64,000 nucleotides of DNA from Acidimicrobiia bacterium (GTDB lineage Bacteria > Actinomycetota > Acidimicrobiia > Spongiisociales > ZC4RG35): assembly GCA_049578105.1 (NCBI GenBank), contig JBAULI010000017.1, positions 3 through 64,002 on the forward strand, read 5' to 3'. The translations under genes were made by a program, and so were the position numbers. The notes under the pieces are model-generated. The model worked only from the letters and a program-made list of their open reading frames with translations, was not told the origin of the DNA and did no database searches. Of the stretch, positions 43,496-52,145 are shown piece after piece. Within the stretch, counting starts at the first letter, position 1. Every line of letters begins with the position of its first letter.

Positions 43496-46400
43496 TATGA
43501 TCCGTGGTGTGAGCGGATATGCCGAACTGCATTGTCATACGAACTTTTCGTTTCTCGATGGTGCTTCCCACCCTGAGGACCTCGTCGATCAGGCATTGAG
43601 CATGGGATATGAGGCTCTTGCCGTGACGGATCACGACGGCTTCTACGGGGTATCGCGCTTCTGGCAGGCGGCGAAGGAGAGCGGTCTACCCGCAATCTAC
43701 GGAGTGGAGGTCGGGATGCCATCGGAATCTGGCACGACGAGTGATCCGGTGACCGCCGCCGAGGAATGGGATCGGAGACGTCATGCGCGCACGAAGGGAG
43801 GAACCGGGCGTTTGAGACGAGGGCGCAACGTTCGTTCCCACGGCACCAAACCGGTGAATCTCCCTGATACCGATCATCTGGTCCTTCTCGCCGGGTCGCC
43901 CGACGGATATCGCACTCTCTCGAAGATGGTCACGCGGGCACAGATGCGTGGAGAGAAGGACCTCCCCATATACACCTGGGATGATCTCGCCGACACTGCG
44001 GCCGATCGTGACATCAATGCGCTAACCGGCTGTCATCTCGGCGCGGTGCCAAAGGCTGCGATACGTGGCGACCTCGGTGGCACCGTCCAACAAGCGTCGA
44101 GGTTGCGTGAGATCTTCGGCACACGTCTGCATGTCGAGTTATGGCACCACGGGATGCCCGAGGACGATTGGAGAAACGACCTGATGTGGGACGTTGCCCA
44201 GAGATTGTCCCTGCCGGCGGTGGCAACGAATCAGGTCCACTATCACCGGCGAAGCGATGCCTATCTGTCCGAAGTCCTCGCTGCCATCGGTGGCAGGAGG
44301 ACCCTCGACGCGGCGGACGGATTCCGCCCGGCAAGCGATGAGAGGTATCTCAAACACCCTGGCGAGATGCTCTCCCGGTTCACCCGATACCCGGGTGCGG
44401 TTGCACGAAGCGCCGAGCTCGGTCGGCGGCTTGCCTTCGATCTCGCACTCGTCGCTCCCCGCCTGCCTGACTTTCCCATGCCGGGTCACTTCCGGGACGA
44501 GATGGACTATTTGCGGCATCTCACCTGGCAAGGAGCCAGGACGGTGTATCCCGGCGGCCAGGATGGCATCGACCCAGATGCCCGCCATCGTCTCGAGCAC
44601 GAGCTGGACATCATCGAGCGGCTTGGCTTTCCCGGGTATTTCCTCGTCGTCAAGGACATCGTGGACTACGCCAGGTCTCAGGACATCTACTGCCAGATTC
44701 GCGGCTCCGGGGCCGACTCTGCGGTATGTCGTTGTCTCGACCTGACCAGGGTCGACCCCATCAGGCTCCACCTTCCCTTCGAGCGGTTCCTCTCAGAGGA
44801 GAGGGGCCGGCCCCCTGACATCGACATCGATTTCGAAGCCGATCGTCGTGAGGAGGTGATCCAATACTGCTATCGGAAGTATGGGCGGGAGCGCGCCGCC
44901 ATGGTGGCCAATGTGATCACCTATCGGGCCAGATCCGTGCTGCGTGATGTCGCCAAGACATTCGGGTTCACCCAGGCACAGGTCGACGGTCTGACCAAAT
45001 TCGTCGACACCAGGGACCCGGCGCAATTACGGCTCGACACACCGCTGCCCGAGGGCATGACGGCCGAGATGATCTACGACATCTGCTGGCGTCTCGACGG
45101 GTACCCGAGACATCTCGGGATCCACTCGGGCGGGATGGTGATCGCCGACCGGCCCCTTTGGCAGGTAGTGCCGCTGGAGTGGGGCAGGATGGAAGGCAGG
45201 ACGGTCATGCAATGGGACAAGGACGACTCGGCGGCCGTCGGGATCGTGAAGTTCGACTTGCTCGGCTTGGGCATGCTGAACGCACTCCATCTCGCCCACG
45301 ACCTGATCGAGGATCAGCACGGGATCGACGTCGATCTGGCGATGATCCCCCAGGAAGAGACGATCTATCGCTCCATCACCAGGTCGGACACCGTTGGCTT
45401 GTTTCAGATCGAGTCACGTGCACAGATGGCGACGCTTCCCAAGATGAAGCCAAAGACCTTCTACGACCTGGCGGTGGAAGTGGCGCTCATCCGGCCCGGC
45501 CCGATCCAAGGTCAGTCGGTTCATCCCTATCTCCGACGACGCAACGGGGAAGAAGAGGTTCGATACCCCCATCCTTCTGCCCGTCCAATCCTGGAGAAGA
45601 CACTGGGTGTGCCGATCTTCCAGGAGCAACTGATGGAGTTGGCGCGTGTGTGCGCCGGATTCGATGGTGGCCAAGCCGATCGACTTCGGCAGGCGATGAC
45701 TCACAAACGCTCCGAGCGAGCGATGGGGAGACTGCGTGAAGAGGTGTATGTCGGCATGGCGCGCCAAGGGATCATCGGTGACGCCGCCGACGAGATATGG
45801 GAGAAGTTGCAGGGGTTTTCCAGCTTTGGCTTTCCGGAAAGCCACTCGGTGAGCTTCGCATACATCGTGTACATGTCAGCCTGGCTCAGGTTCCACTACC
45901 CGGCCGAATACCTCGCGGGGCTCCTCAATGCACAGCCAATGGGCTTCTACAGCCCCAACTCCCTCGTTCAGGACGCCCAGCGTCATGGCGTTGTGGTGTT
46001 GGGCCCGGATGTGAACCTCTCATGGCACGACTGCACCATCGAATCGATCGAAGCCGATCGTGACGATGTGGTCGATTACCTCGGTGAGGCCTGGCGGCGG
46101 GGGAGAGGCGCGCTCGACGATCCGATGCGGCCTCCTGTCGGGGTGCGGATGGGTTTGCGCTACGTCAGAAACCTTGGAGAGAGAGAGGTGACACGCATCG
46201 AGGCGGCACGGATCCTGGGTGGGGAGTTCACCTCGCCATCGGATCTCGCATTTCGCACCGGGCTCTCGGTGGAGTCGTTCGAGGGTCTGGCAGCCTCAGG
46301 TGCGCTCGAGTCGATCGGCTTGGGTCGCCGGGAGGGGATGTGGGCGGCGGGGGCGCTGGCCGAGATCGACCCCGAGCGGTTGGCTCTGTCCCCCGGGGTG

Positions 46401-46826
46401 GATGCTCCAGCCTTACCGGGCATGGGAGAGGAGGAACAACATCGGGCCGACCTGTGGGCAACCGGAGTGTCCAGTCGTCATCCAATGAGCTTTGTGCGGG
46501 ATCAGCTCGCAGATTGCCTGACCGCTGCCCAGGCTCTCGACATGCAACGCAACGGAAGCAGGATAAAGGTCGCAGGTGTGGTGACACACCGTCAGCGTCC
46601 CGGTACGGCCAAGGGTGTCTACTTCCTCAACCTGGAGGACGAGACCGGGTTGCTCAACATCGTGGTCTTGCCCGATGTGTGGGCGAGACATCGTCACGTG
46701 GTGCGAAAGAGCCCGGCGTTGATCATCCATGGACGTCTGGAGTTCCATGACGGTGTCACCAACATCGTGGCCAGGGACTTCGAGCCGATCGGGATCCAGA
46801 CCGTCCGGTCGCGTGACTTTCGGTGA
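43488..46826 (+). CDS. dnaE2: Error-prone DNA polymerase III alpha-like subunit DnaE2
   Basis: 1112 aa. PHP domain (…AELHCHTNFSFLDGASHPEDLV…ALAVTDHDGFYG…), polymerase core (…IHSGGMVI…, …GIVKFDLLGLGML…), OB fold. Size and SOS box are typical of DnaE2 (ImuC) rather than DnaE1. Confidence 0.9.
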   Translation: MFDMIRGVSGYAELHCHTNFSFLDGASHPEDLVDQALSMGYEALAVTDHDGFYGVSRFWQAAKESGLPAIYGVEVGMPSESGTTSDPVTAAEEWDRRRHARTKGGTGRLRRGRNVRSHGTKPVNLPDTDHLVLLAGSPDGYRTLSKMVTRAQMRGEKDLPIYTWDDLADTAADRDINALTGCHLGAVPKAAIRGDLGGTVQQASRLREIFGTRLHVELWHHGMPEDDWRNDLMWDVAQRLSLPAVATNQVHYHRRSDAYLSEVLAAIGGRRTLDAADGFRPASDERYLKHPGEMLSRFTRYPGAVARSAELGRRLAFDLALVAPRLPDFPMPGHFRDEMDYLRHLTWQGARTVYPGGQDGIDPDARHRLEHELDIIERLGFPGYFLVVKDIVDYARSQDIYCQIRGSGADSAVCRCLDLTRVDPIRLHLPFERFLSEERGRPPDIDIDFEADRREEVIQYCYRKYGRERAAMVANVITYRARSVLRDVAKTFGFTQAQVDGLTKFVDTRDPAQLRLDTPLPEGMTAEMIYDICWRLDGYPRHLGIHSGGMVIADRPLWQVVPLEWGRMEGRTVMQWDKDDSAAVGIVKFDLLGLGMLNALHLAHDLIEDQHGIDVDLAMIPQEETIYRSITRSDTVGLFQIESRAQMATLPKMKPKTFYDLAVEVALIRPGPIQGQSVHPYLRRRNGEEEVRYPHPSARPILEKTLGVPIFQEQLMELARVCAGFDGGQADRLRQAMTHKRSERAMGRLREEVYVGMARQGIIGDAADEIWEKLQGFSSFGFPESHSVSFAYIVYMSAWLRFHYPAEYLAGLLNAQPMGFYSPNSLVQDAQRHGVVVLGPDVNLSWHDCTIESIEADRDDVVDYLGEAWRRGRGALDDPMRPPVGVRMGLRYVRNLGEREVTRIEAARILGGEFTSPSDLAFRTGLSVESFEGLAASGALESIGLGRREGMWAAGALAEIDPERLALSPGVDAPALPGMGEEEQHRADLWATGVSSRHPMSFVRDQLADCLTAAQALDMQRNGSRIKVAGVVTHRQRPGTAKGVYFLNLEDETGLLNIVVLPDVWARHRHVVRKSPALIIHGRLEFHDGVTNIVARDFEPIGIQTVRSRDFR

Positions 46827-46836
46827 CCCGGCCCAC

Positions 46837-47757
46837 CTACGGGCTCATCCGATAGCCAAATGGCTGGATTCGCTCGTTGATCACAGTTCCGTCCTTGGCG
46901 GACAGCTCGTAGACGCGGACGCTGAGCTCCGCCGGCATTGGCGGAAGGTCCGATGCTTGGAAGGTGACGCTGAAATAGCCCCAATCCATGCCGTCGGTGG
47001 TCTGGACGTAGGGGACGTCCGCCACCTTCCTCCCGTTGGTGTCGAGGATCTCCATCTGGAACACCCCTTCGAATGCGGCAGCGATCCCGGTGACCGTGAC
47101 CGGTGGTGGCGTCCATTCCTCGAAGGCGGGGTGTTCAACCAAGATCCCCGGCATGACATCTCTGAAGCTCATACGTGTCATCGGATCGTCCAGGACCAGG
47201 CCCTCACTCGAGAAGACTCTCACCGGCTGCCCGTCCAGCTGGAGCCGAACTCCGGTCACGGAGGTATCGAAGCCGGTGACGGTGAAGACGAGCTGAGCCA
47301 TCCGAGCTTGCATCGAGAAGGTTCCTCCGCCGTCTGCGAACTGTGTGGACAGGTTGACGGTCGCGACATCATCGGCCACCTCGACGCCGAGCAGGCGGGT
47401 CCCGTCAGGGATCTCCGAAGTCAGGCCGAGCTCCTTCTCGCTGGGTGTCTGCCCGAACAGGCTCTCGATGGCTTCTTGCAATGTGTCGGCGTTTCGTGCC
47501 GCCGGTGCCAGGAACGGCCCCATCCGAAAGTCACTTCCGCCGGACTCATGGAGGAAGTAAGCAGCCACCAGGTGGGGGAGCTGTGTTGTGGTCGTGGGCG
47601 TCACAGTCGTGGTCGTTGTCGTCGGCCCGGTGGTGGTCGTGAATGGCCCGGTGGTCGTGGTCATCGAGGACGTGGTGGTTTCGATGACGGCCGTCGTCGT
47701 GACCTCCCCGGCATCCGATCCGCATGCGACCAAGGTGAATACGAGCGCGACGAACAT
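46837..47757 (-). CDS. Lipoprotein with GerMN and Gmad2 domains and a Thr-rich linker (paralog of 18742-19734)
   Basis: Lipobox LVACGS, a TTTTGP-rich linker, then …GPFLAPAAR…AIESLFGQTP… (GerMN) and a C-terminal Ig-like Gmad2 region. Alignable along its whole length with the first copy. Confidence 0.65.
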   Translation of the reverse strand: MFVALVFTLVACGSDAGEVTTTAVIETTTSSMTTTTGPFTTTTGPTTTTTTVTPTTTTQLPHLVAAYFLHESGGSDFRMGPFLAPAARNADTLQEAIESLFGQTPSEKELGLTSEIPDGTRLLGVEVADDVATVNLSTQFADGGGTFSMQARMAQLVFTVTGFDTSVTGVRLQLDGQPVRVFSSEGLVLDDPMTRMSFRDVMPGILVEHPAFEEWTPPPVTVTGIAAAFEGVFQMEILDTNGRKVADVPYVQTTDGMDWGYFSVTFQASDLPPMPAELSVRVYELSAKDGTVINERIQPFGYRMSP

Positions 47758-47876
47758 GCTGAATCTCTTGATGGCCCACCTCTCTCAAGGGGCTCCGCCA
47801 TGATGACTCGCTCAACGGATTGGCGTTAGGGCCAAACGTCCTCAAGTGGGGAGATCTCGGTCACATCGGGCTGCGA

Positions 47877-48482
47877 TCAGGTCGAGGAGATGGATATCCG
47901 GCCGGCCGACGCCTCGATCAGGTCCTCGGACAGTTTGTCGACCTTCGCTACGGGCACCTCGAGGTCCATTGTCACCTGGCCGGCATACGAGGCTGCGGTG
48001 ACAGTCGCCCCATGGGCGGATATCGCCGACTCTGCCATCGCTGTCAGGTCGTAGGCGAAGACCAGTCGCATGGGGGTGGTGACCGGGGTGGTGACCATGT
48101 CGGCGGTGGCGAGAACGGTCCCCGTCGCGCGCCCGTAAGCTCGCCTCAGACCGCCACGGCCGAGCTTGGTGCCTCCGTAATACCGGGTGATCACCACGAT
48201 CACGTCGGCCACCCCGGCTTCCTCGAGTCTGTGGAGGATCGGTGAGCCGGCCGTGCCCACAGGCTCCCCGTCATCGTTGCTTCGTGTTTGGCCGGTGGCG
48301 AGTCGATATGCCCAGACATGGTGTGTCGCCGAGGGCTCTCTCCCCCTTGTCGCTTCGAGAAAGGCCATGGCTTTGGCGTGGGAGTCGACCGGCGAGAGGT
48401 CGGCGATGAAGCGCGAGCCTTTGATCTTCTCGATTTCGATGCGGACAGGTGAAGTGGCCGTCCGAATCGTCAGGTCATCCAC
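47877..48482 (-). CDS. IMPACT/YigZ family protein (UPF0029)
   Basis: …KGSRFIADL…ATHHVWAYRL…DDGEPVGTAGSPIL…ADVIVVITRYYGGTKLGRGGLRRAY… is the canonical IMPACT N-terminal domain. Confidence 0.8.
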   Translation of the reverse strand: MDDLTIRTATSPVRIEIEKIKGSRFIADLSPVDSHAKAMAFLEATRGREPSATHHVWAYRLATGQTRSNDDGEPVGTAGSPILHRLEEAGVADVIVVITRYYGGTKLGRGGLRRAYGRATGTVLATADMVTTPVTTPMRLVFAYDLTAMAESAISAHGATVTAASYAGQVTMDLEVPVAKVDKLSEDLIEASAGRISISST

Positions 48483-48616
48483 CGCCGGCTAGCCGACCGA
48501 GTGGGCGGAGACAGCCAGGTCACGAAATCCTCGCGAATGGAGTGGCGGGCAATTCGTGTGCCCCGGTGTGCCGTGCCACTGGATCACGAGCCCGATCCGC
48601 ACTCCTGGTCCCCCGG

Positions 48617-49249
48617 TCAGCCCTGGCAGACGAAGATGTCCCAGCCGGCCCCGTGATAGACCTCCCATGCGGCAGCCGCAATTGACGCCTCGGCATCGGT
48701 CGGGTCGGCACCGGGGAACCCGGCATTGGTCGAACGCTCATCCCAATACTTGGGCAGATGCTGGAACAACCCGATCGCGCCAGTCCTCAGGTTCACGGAA
48801 TTGGGGTCGAATCGGGATTCGCACCATGCAACCCTGACGGCGCGGTTGACGTCGCGAGAAGTGAAATACTTGGAAACCAGGGCTCGCACCTCGACCTGGG
48901 ACAGCCAGCCTGAGGCATCGGACATCGTCCCCGGGGAATTCGAGTCCTGGGATGCGGTTGCTGCGGCGCCCGGCGTAGCCGTGGTGAGCTCAGGCATCTG
49001 GGTGTTGTCAATGTCGGACTGGGGTTGACCGGGATCGCCGGCCAGAAGGGCAAATGTGAGCCCGGCATATGCGCCAGTCGTGTGCCCGATCACCCGTTCG
49101 GGCGCGGCAGTAGCCGGGTCGGTTCCGGCACCACCAGAGGTGCCGAACGCCGCGAATCCGGCCAAGGCCAGAAGCACGACAGCCGCCCATCCAGCGACGA
49201 ACGAAAGGCGTCTCAAACGCATCAGAAGTGACTCCAAAAAGCAGGCCAA
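48617..49249 (-). CDS. Secreted lytic-transglycosylase-like (SLT/lysozyme-like domain) protein
   Basis: Signal peptide/TM MRLRRLSFVAGWAAVVLLALAG, a low-complexity linker, and a C-terminal …AWCESRFDPNSVNLRTGAIGLFQHLPKYW… motif (ES…GxxGLxQ) of the SLT family. Confidence 0.55.
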   Translation of the reverse strand: MACFLESLLMRLRRLSFVAGWAAVVLLALAGFAAFGTSGGAGTDPATAAPERVIGHTTGAYAGLTFALLAGDPGQPQSDIDNTQMPELTTATPGAAATASQDSNSPGTMSDASGWLSQVEVRALVSKYFTSRDVNRAVRVAWCESRFDPNSVNLRTGAIGLFQHLPKYWDERSTNAGFPGADPTDAEASIAAAAWEVYHGAGWDIFVCQG

Positions 49250-49317
49250 CGTGCCCGCTTGCCCGGGTCATAACCCTACCGAGATGTGGATAACTGGGGC
49301 AACTCGTACGCTGCTCC

Positions 49318-50409
49318 TCAGCCGGTTCGCACCAGCTTCGAAACGACACCTTCCCAATGGTCGCGGGCCGGATCCAACAGGTCGAAGTGGCCCAGTCCGG
49401 CGACGATTTCGACTTCGACCGTGTTCTGCAGGCGGGTCGCTTGTGTGACCGGCACCAACTCGTCGGCGTCCCCGTGGAGGAGGGTGGTGTCGACACCGGG
49501 GGTGATTCGGGGCGGTGCCCCCGAATCGAGCAATGTCCGTGCCTCCCGAGCGCCGGGGCCATCTGCGATGGCAATCAGAGACAGGTCGGTCACGGCAGCC
49601 AACCCGATGACCGAGGTCGTGGCCGGGATCGAGCGCCGACCACCAGCCCACAGGGCGAGAAACCCGCCGGCCGAGTGCCCGACCAGGTTCAAGTGCCCCA
49701 ACTCCGGCATGTCACGGGTCAGGTGCCCGATGGCGGTCTCGACGTCGTGAGCCGAGCCGGGCCAGCCGCCACCGGTGCCGAGACGGCGGTATTCGACGTT
49801 CCAGGTGAGAAAGCCCCGACGCGTCAGATCCACCGCGAGGGACTCGAGCCCGTCCCGTTCCCATTGGCGAAGCCAGAACCCGCCATGGACCAGGGCCACT
49901 GCCCCGATCGGTTCCCCGGCGGGTCTCCTGAGATCGGCGACGTGATCGGCGGCGGGACCGTAGGCGATCGTCACGATCTCGACAGCGGATCGATTCACCA
50001 GGTGTCGCAACGCATCGCGGTAGCCGGCGAAACCGCGGCCGACGATGCTGCGCACACAAGAGGCAGCCACCAGGGACACGGATCGCCATTTCTCCCTCGA
50101 GTAGATATCCGAGATATGCACCTCGACGACAGGAAGGCCCCGGGCGAGGATGGCATCACCGATGGCTCTCGACGTGTGAGTGAGCGCACCGGGGTTGATC
50201 AAGAGGGCGTCGGCCTCGGACTCTTGGATGGCATCGACCAGCGACCCCTCCGAGTTGCTCTGGACGAAGCTCGTGTCCACCCCCATGGAATGTCCCCAAG
50301 CCGATATCCGCTCCTCCAGCTGGGAGAGTGTCATCGAACCGTAGATCTCGGGCTGTCGTGTCCCGAGGAGGTTCAGATTGGGCCCATGCAGGATCGAGAC
50401 ACGCATCAC
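49318..50409 (-). CDS. aroQ: Fusion: type II 3-dehydroquinate dehydratase (AroQ) plus alpha/beta-hydrolase fold-3 esterase domain
   Basis: N-terminal 145 aa MMRVSILHGPNLNLLGTRQPEIYG…VEVHISDIYSREKWR… carries the type II DHQase Arg/Tyr and HIS(N/D) motifs. In frame follows …ALVHGGFW… (HGG oxyanion motif) and GHSAGG (nucleophile elbow) plus a distal HGDAD/His. Start overlaps the stop of the downstream gene's neighbour (ATGA). Confidence 0.65.
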   Translation of the reverse strand: MMRVSILHGPNLNLLGTRQPEIYGSMTLSQLEERISAWGHSMGVDTSFVQSNSEGSLVDAIQESEADALLINPGALTHTSRAIGDAILARGLPVVEVHISDIYSREKWRSVSLVAASCVRSIVGRGFAGYRDALRHLVNRSAVEIVTIAYGPAADHVADLRRPAGEPIGAVALVHGGFWLRQWERDGLESLAVDLTRRGFLTWNVEYRRLGTGGGWPGSAHDVETAIGHLTRDMPELGHLNLVGHSAGGFLALWAGGRRSIPATTSVIGLAAVTDLSLIAIADGPGAREARTLLDSGAPPRITPGVDTTLLHGDADELVPVTQATRLQNTVEVEIVAGLGHFDLLDPARDHWEGVVSKLVRTG

Positions 50410-51212
50410 GCCACCTCCGGGAGGTGATCCTCGACCAACCCCCGGGCCCCGCTGATCACCGATGGGGGAAGGGTGCCGAGAGACAGGTCGAAGTTGGCGG
50501 AGAACGAGTCGATGATGGCTTGCATCACCTTGTCGGTATCGAGACCGGGGGAGCGGTCGGCCAGCGAGCCCGAGGTTCGCGGGTCCCAGTCGAGGCGCAG
50601 TGCCCGATAGACGGGGATGAGAACGTCGCGAATGCTGGAACCGTCGTCCACCACAACGACACCCCCGACGTGGGCCCCTCCCCGTACGAGACGTTGGCCG
50701 ACACCCATGACCTTCACCCTCCCGGCGACGTTCACCGACCAGTCCCCCGGGCAGTATTCCCCTGGGATCTGGCCAATCCGGGCGTCGATCCCGAGCATGC
50801 CGAAGGCGTCGGCCATGATCCGCGATATGACACGGAACCGTCTTTCGATACCGGACCGCGGGTCGCTGTCCGGGATGGCCCAGGCAAACGCAATGGTCGA
50901 CTCGTGGAAGACTGCCGCTCTTCCACCTGCCAGTCGCTCGACCGCAGCGAACCGGTGCGCCTTGGCGGCGTGGACCGCCTCGCGATAACCCGTTTGGACC
51001 CGATCGGCTCGACCAAAGGCAACAATGCGAGTGGGGACATGGAGCCGTAACACGCCATCGGCGAGAACACCCGAGGCGACGGCAGCGAGGGTGGAGTGGC
51101 TCACCGCCACGTCCATCGCGGGGTGGTCCCGGTAGGAATCCGTTACCAGTGTGAAGCGAGGCACAACCAGGAGGATAAGGGCGTCGGTGTTACCGTCTGC
51201 GGACCTTGTCAT
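50406..51212 (-). CDS. Lipoate/biotin protein ligase family (BPL_LplA_LipB catalytic-domain) protein
   Basis: 268 aa from the ATG at 51212. The sequence …RIVAFGRADRV…ESTIAFAWAIPDSD…KVMGVGQRLVRGGAHVGGVVVV… resembles LplA/LipB-type catalytic domains. Family-level call only. Confidence 0.5.
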   Translation of the reverse strand: MTRSADGNTDALILLVVPRFTLVTDSYRDHPAMDVAVSHSTLAAVASGVLADGVLRLHVPTRIVAFGRADRVQTGYREAVHAAKAHRFAAVERLAGGRAAVFHESTIAFAWAIPDSDPRSGIERRFRVISRIMADAFGMLGIDARIGQIPGEYCPGDWSVNVAGRVKVMGVGQRLVRGGAHVGGVVVVDDGSSIRDVLIPVYRALRLDWDPRTSGSLADRSPGLDTDKVMQAIIDSFSANFDLSLGTLPPSVISGARGLVEDHLPEVA

Positions 51213-51254
51213 CGTTGAGGGAACGGCGTATGAAGCGTCGATCGTTGAGAGGTC

Positions 51255-52043
51255 ATGAAGGGGCACATCACGACAGGAGCGAACCTGCGACATCGCGCCC
51301 GCACGGCGACCCTGGTCGCAATCGTGTTGCTGGTGGCCGCATGTGGTGATGCCCCATTGGGCTCCCTGGGTCGTCGATCCTCGCATTGGATCGACGAGCC
51401 GACCGTGGTGACCACCACGACGGTGCCGACGACGGTTCCGATCGTCATCACGGCCGACTCGCTCATGTGGTACAACGACACGATCGGCGGGCAGTTCCTC
51501 GACGACCCGGAGGCCCTCAAGAACCTGATCTTCGGGCGGCGGGGTGGTGACCTCTACGTGCAGTCGAGCAAGGCAGAGATCGAGACCTTGCTCCCAGATC
51601 TCGAGTTCCCGTCCACAGCTCCCTATCTCTCCGAGTACGTGACGTCTCAGATCGTCTTCGACAACGATGGCGAGCTCGCCACCGATCCGATCGCCGCTTT
51701 CGGCATCTGGTCCTCAGAGCCATACACCCGGTCGAGGTCGGTCGCACAGCTCGTGATCCTTCGGGTCTCCAAGGATGCGGTCGCCGCCGACGAAGTCTCC
51801 CAACCTGGTGCGGATCTCTCCTGTGCCCGTTTCTCCGACCGCAGCACCGAGACATGCGCGACGTCCGAGGTCGATGGTCGGCCGACCTGGATCCTCACCG
51901 CCTCCAACGGGACCACATTCATCTTCTTCAGGTCGCCGTATCGCTATGAGTTGTTCGCCCGCTCATTCATCTCCACCACGGTGCTCGAGGAGATGGCCTC
52001 CGACCTGGTACCGCTGTCGGATCTAGGTGGAAACGGCGGATAA
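51255..52043 (+). CDS. Hypothetical lipoprotein
   Basis: Signal peptide with lipobox LLVAACGD, then T/V-rich linker. No recognisable domain. Confidence 0.5.
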   Translation: MKGHITTGANLRHRARTATLVAIVLLVAACGDAPLGSLGRRSSHWIDEPTVVTTTTVPTTVPIVITADSLMWYNDTIGGQFLDDPEALKNLIFGRRGGDLYVQSSKAEIETLLPDLEFPSTAPYLSEYVTSQIVFDNDGELATDPIAAFGIWSSEPYTRSRSVAQLVILRVSKDAVAADEVSQPGADLSCARFSDRSTETCATSEVDGRPTWILTASNGTTFIFFRSPYRYELFARSFISTTVLEEMASDLVPLSDLGGNGG

Positions 52044-52145
52044 CCTCAGAGCTCCTACCCGGAGGACCTCATTTTCCATTCCGGTGGCTGGTGGAGCTAC
52101 CTGCAATACGACGCAGAGAACGATCGCCCCGACGTAGATCGGGCC

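Noticed and set aside
51213-51254. Direct repeat ATCGTTGAG(G/A)G x2 in the 42-bp divergent region between the lipoate-ligase-family gene and the lipoprotein gene
   Set aside because: Only two short copies in a very short intergenic spacer. Could be chance. Not enough to call a binding site.
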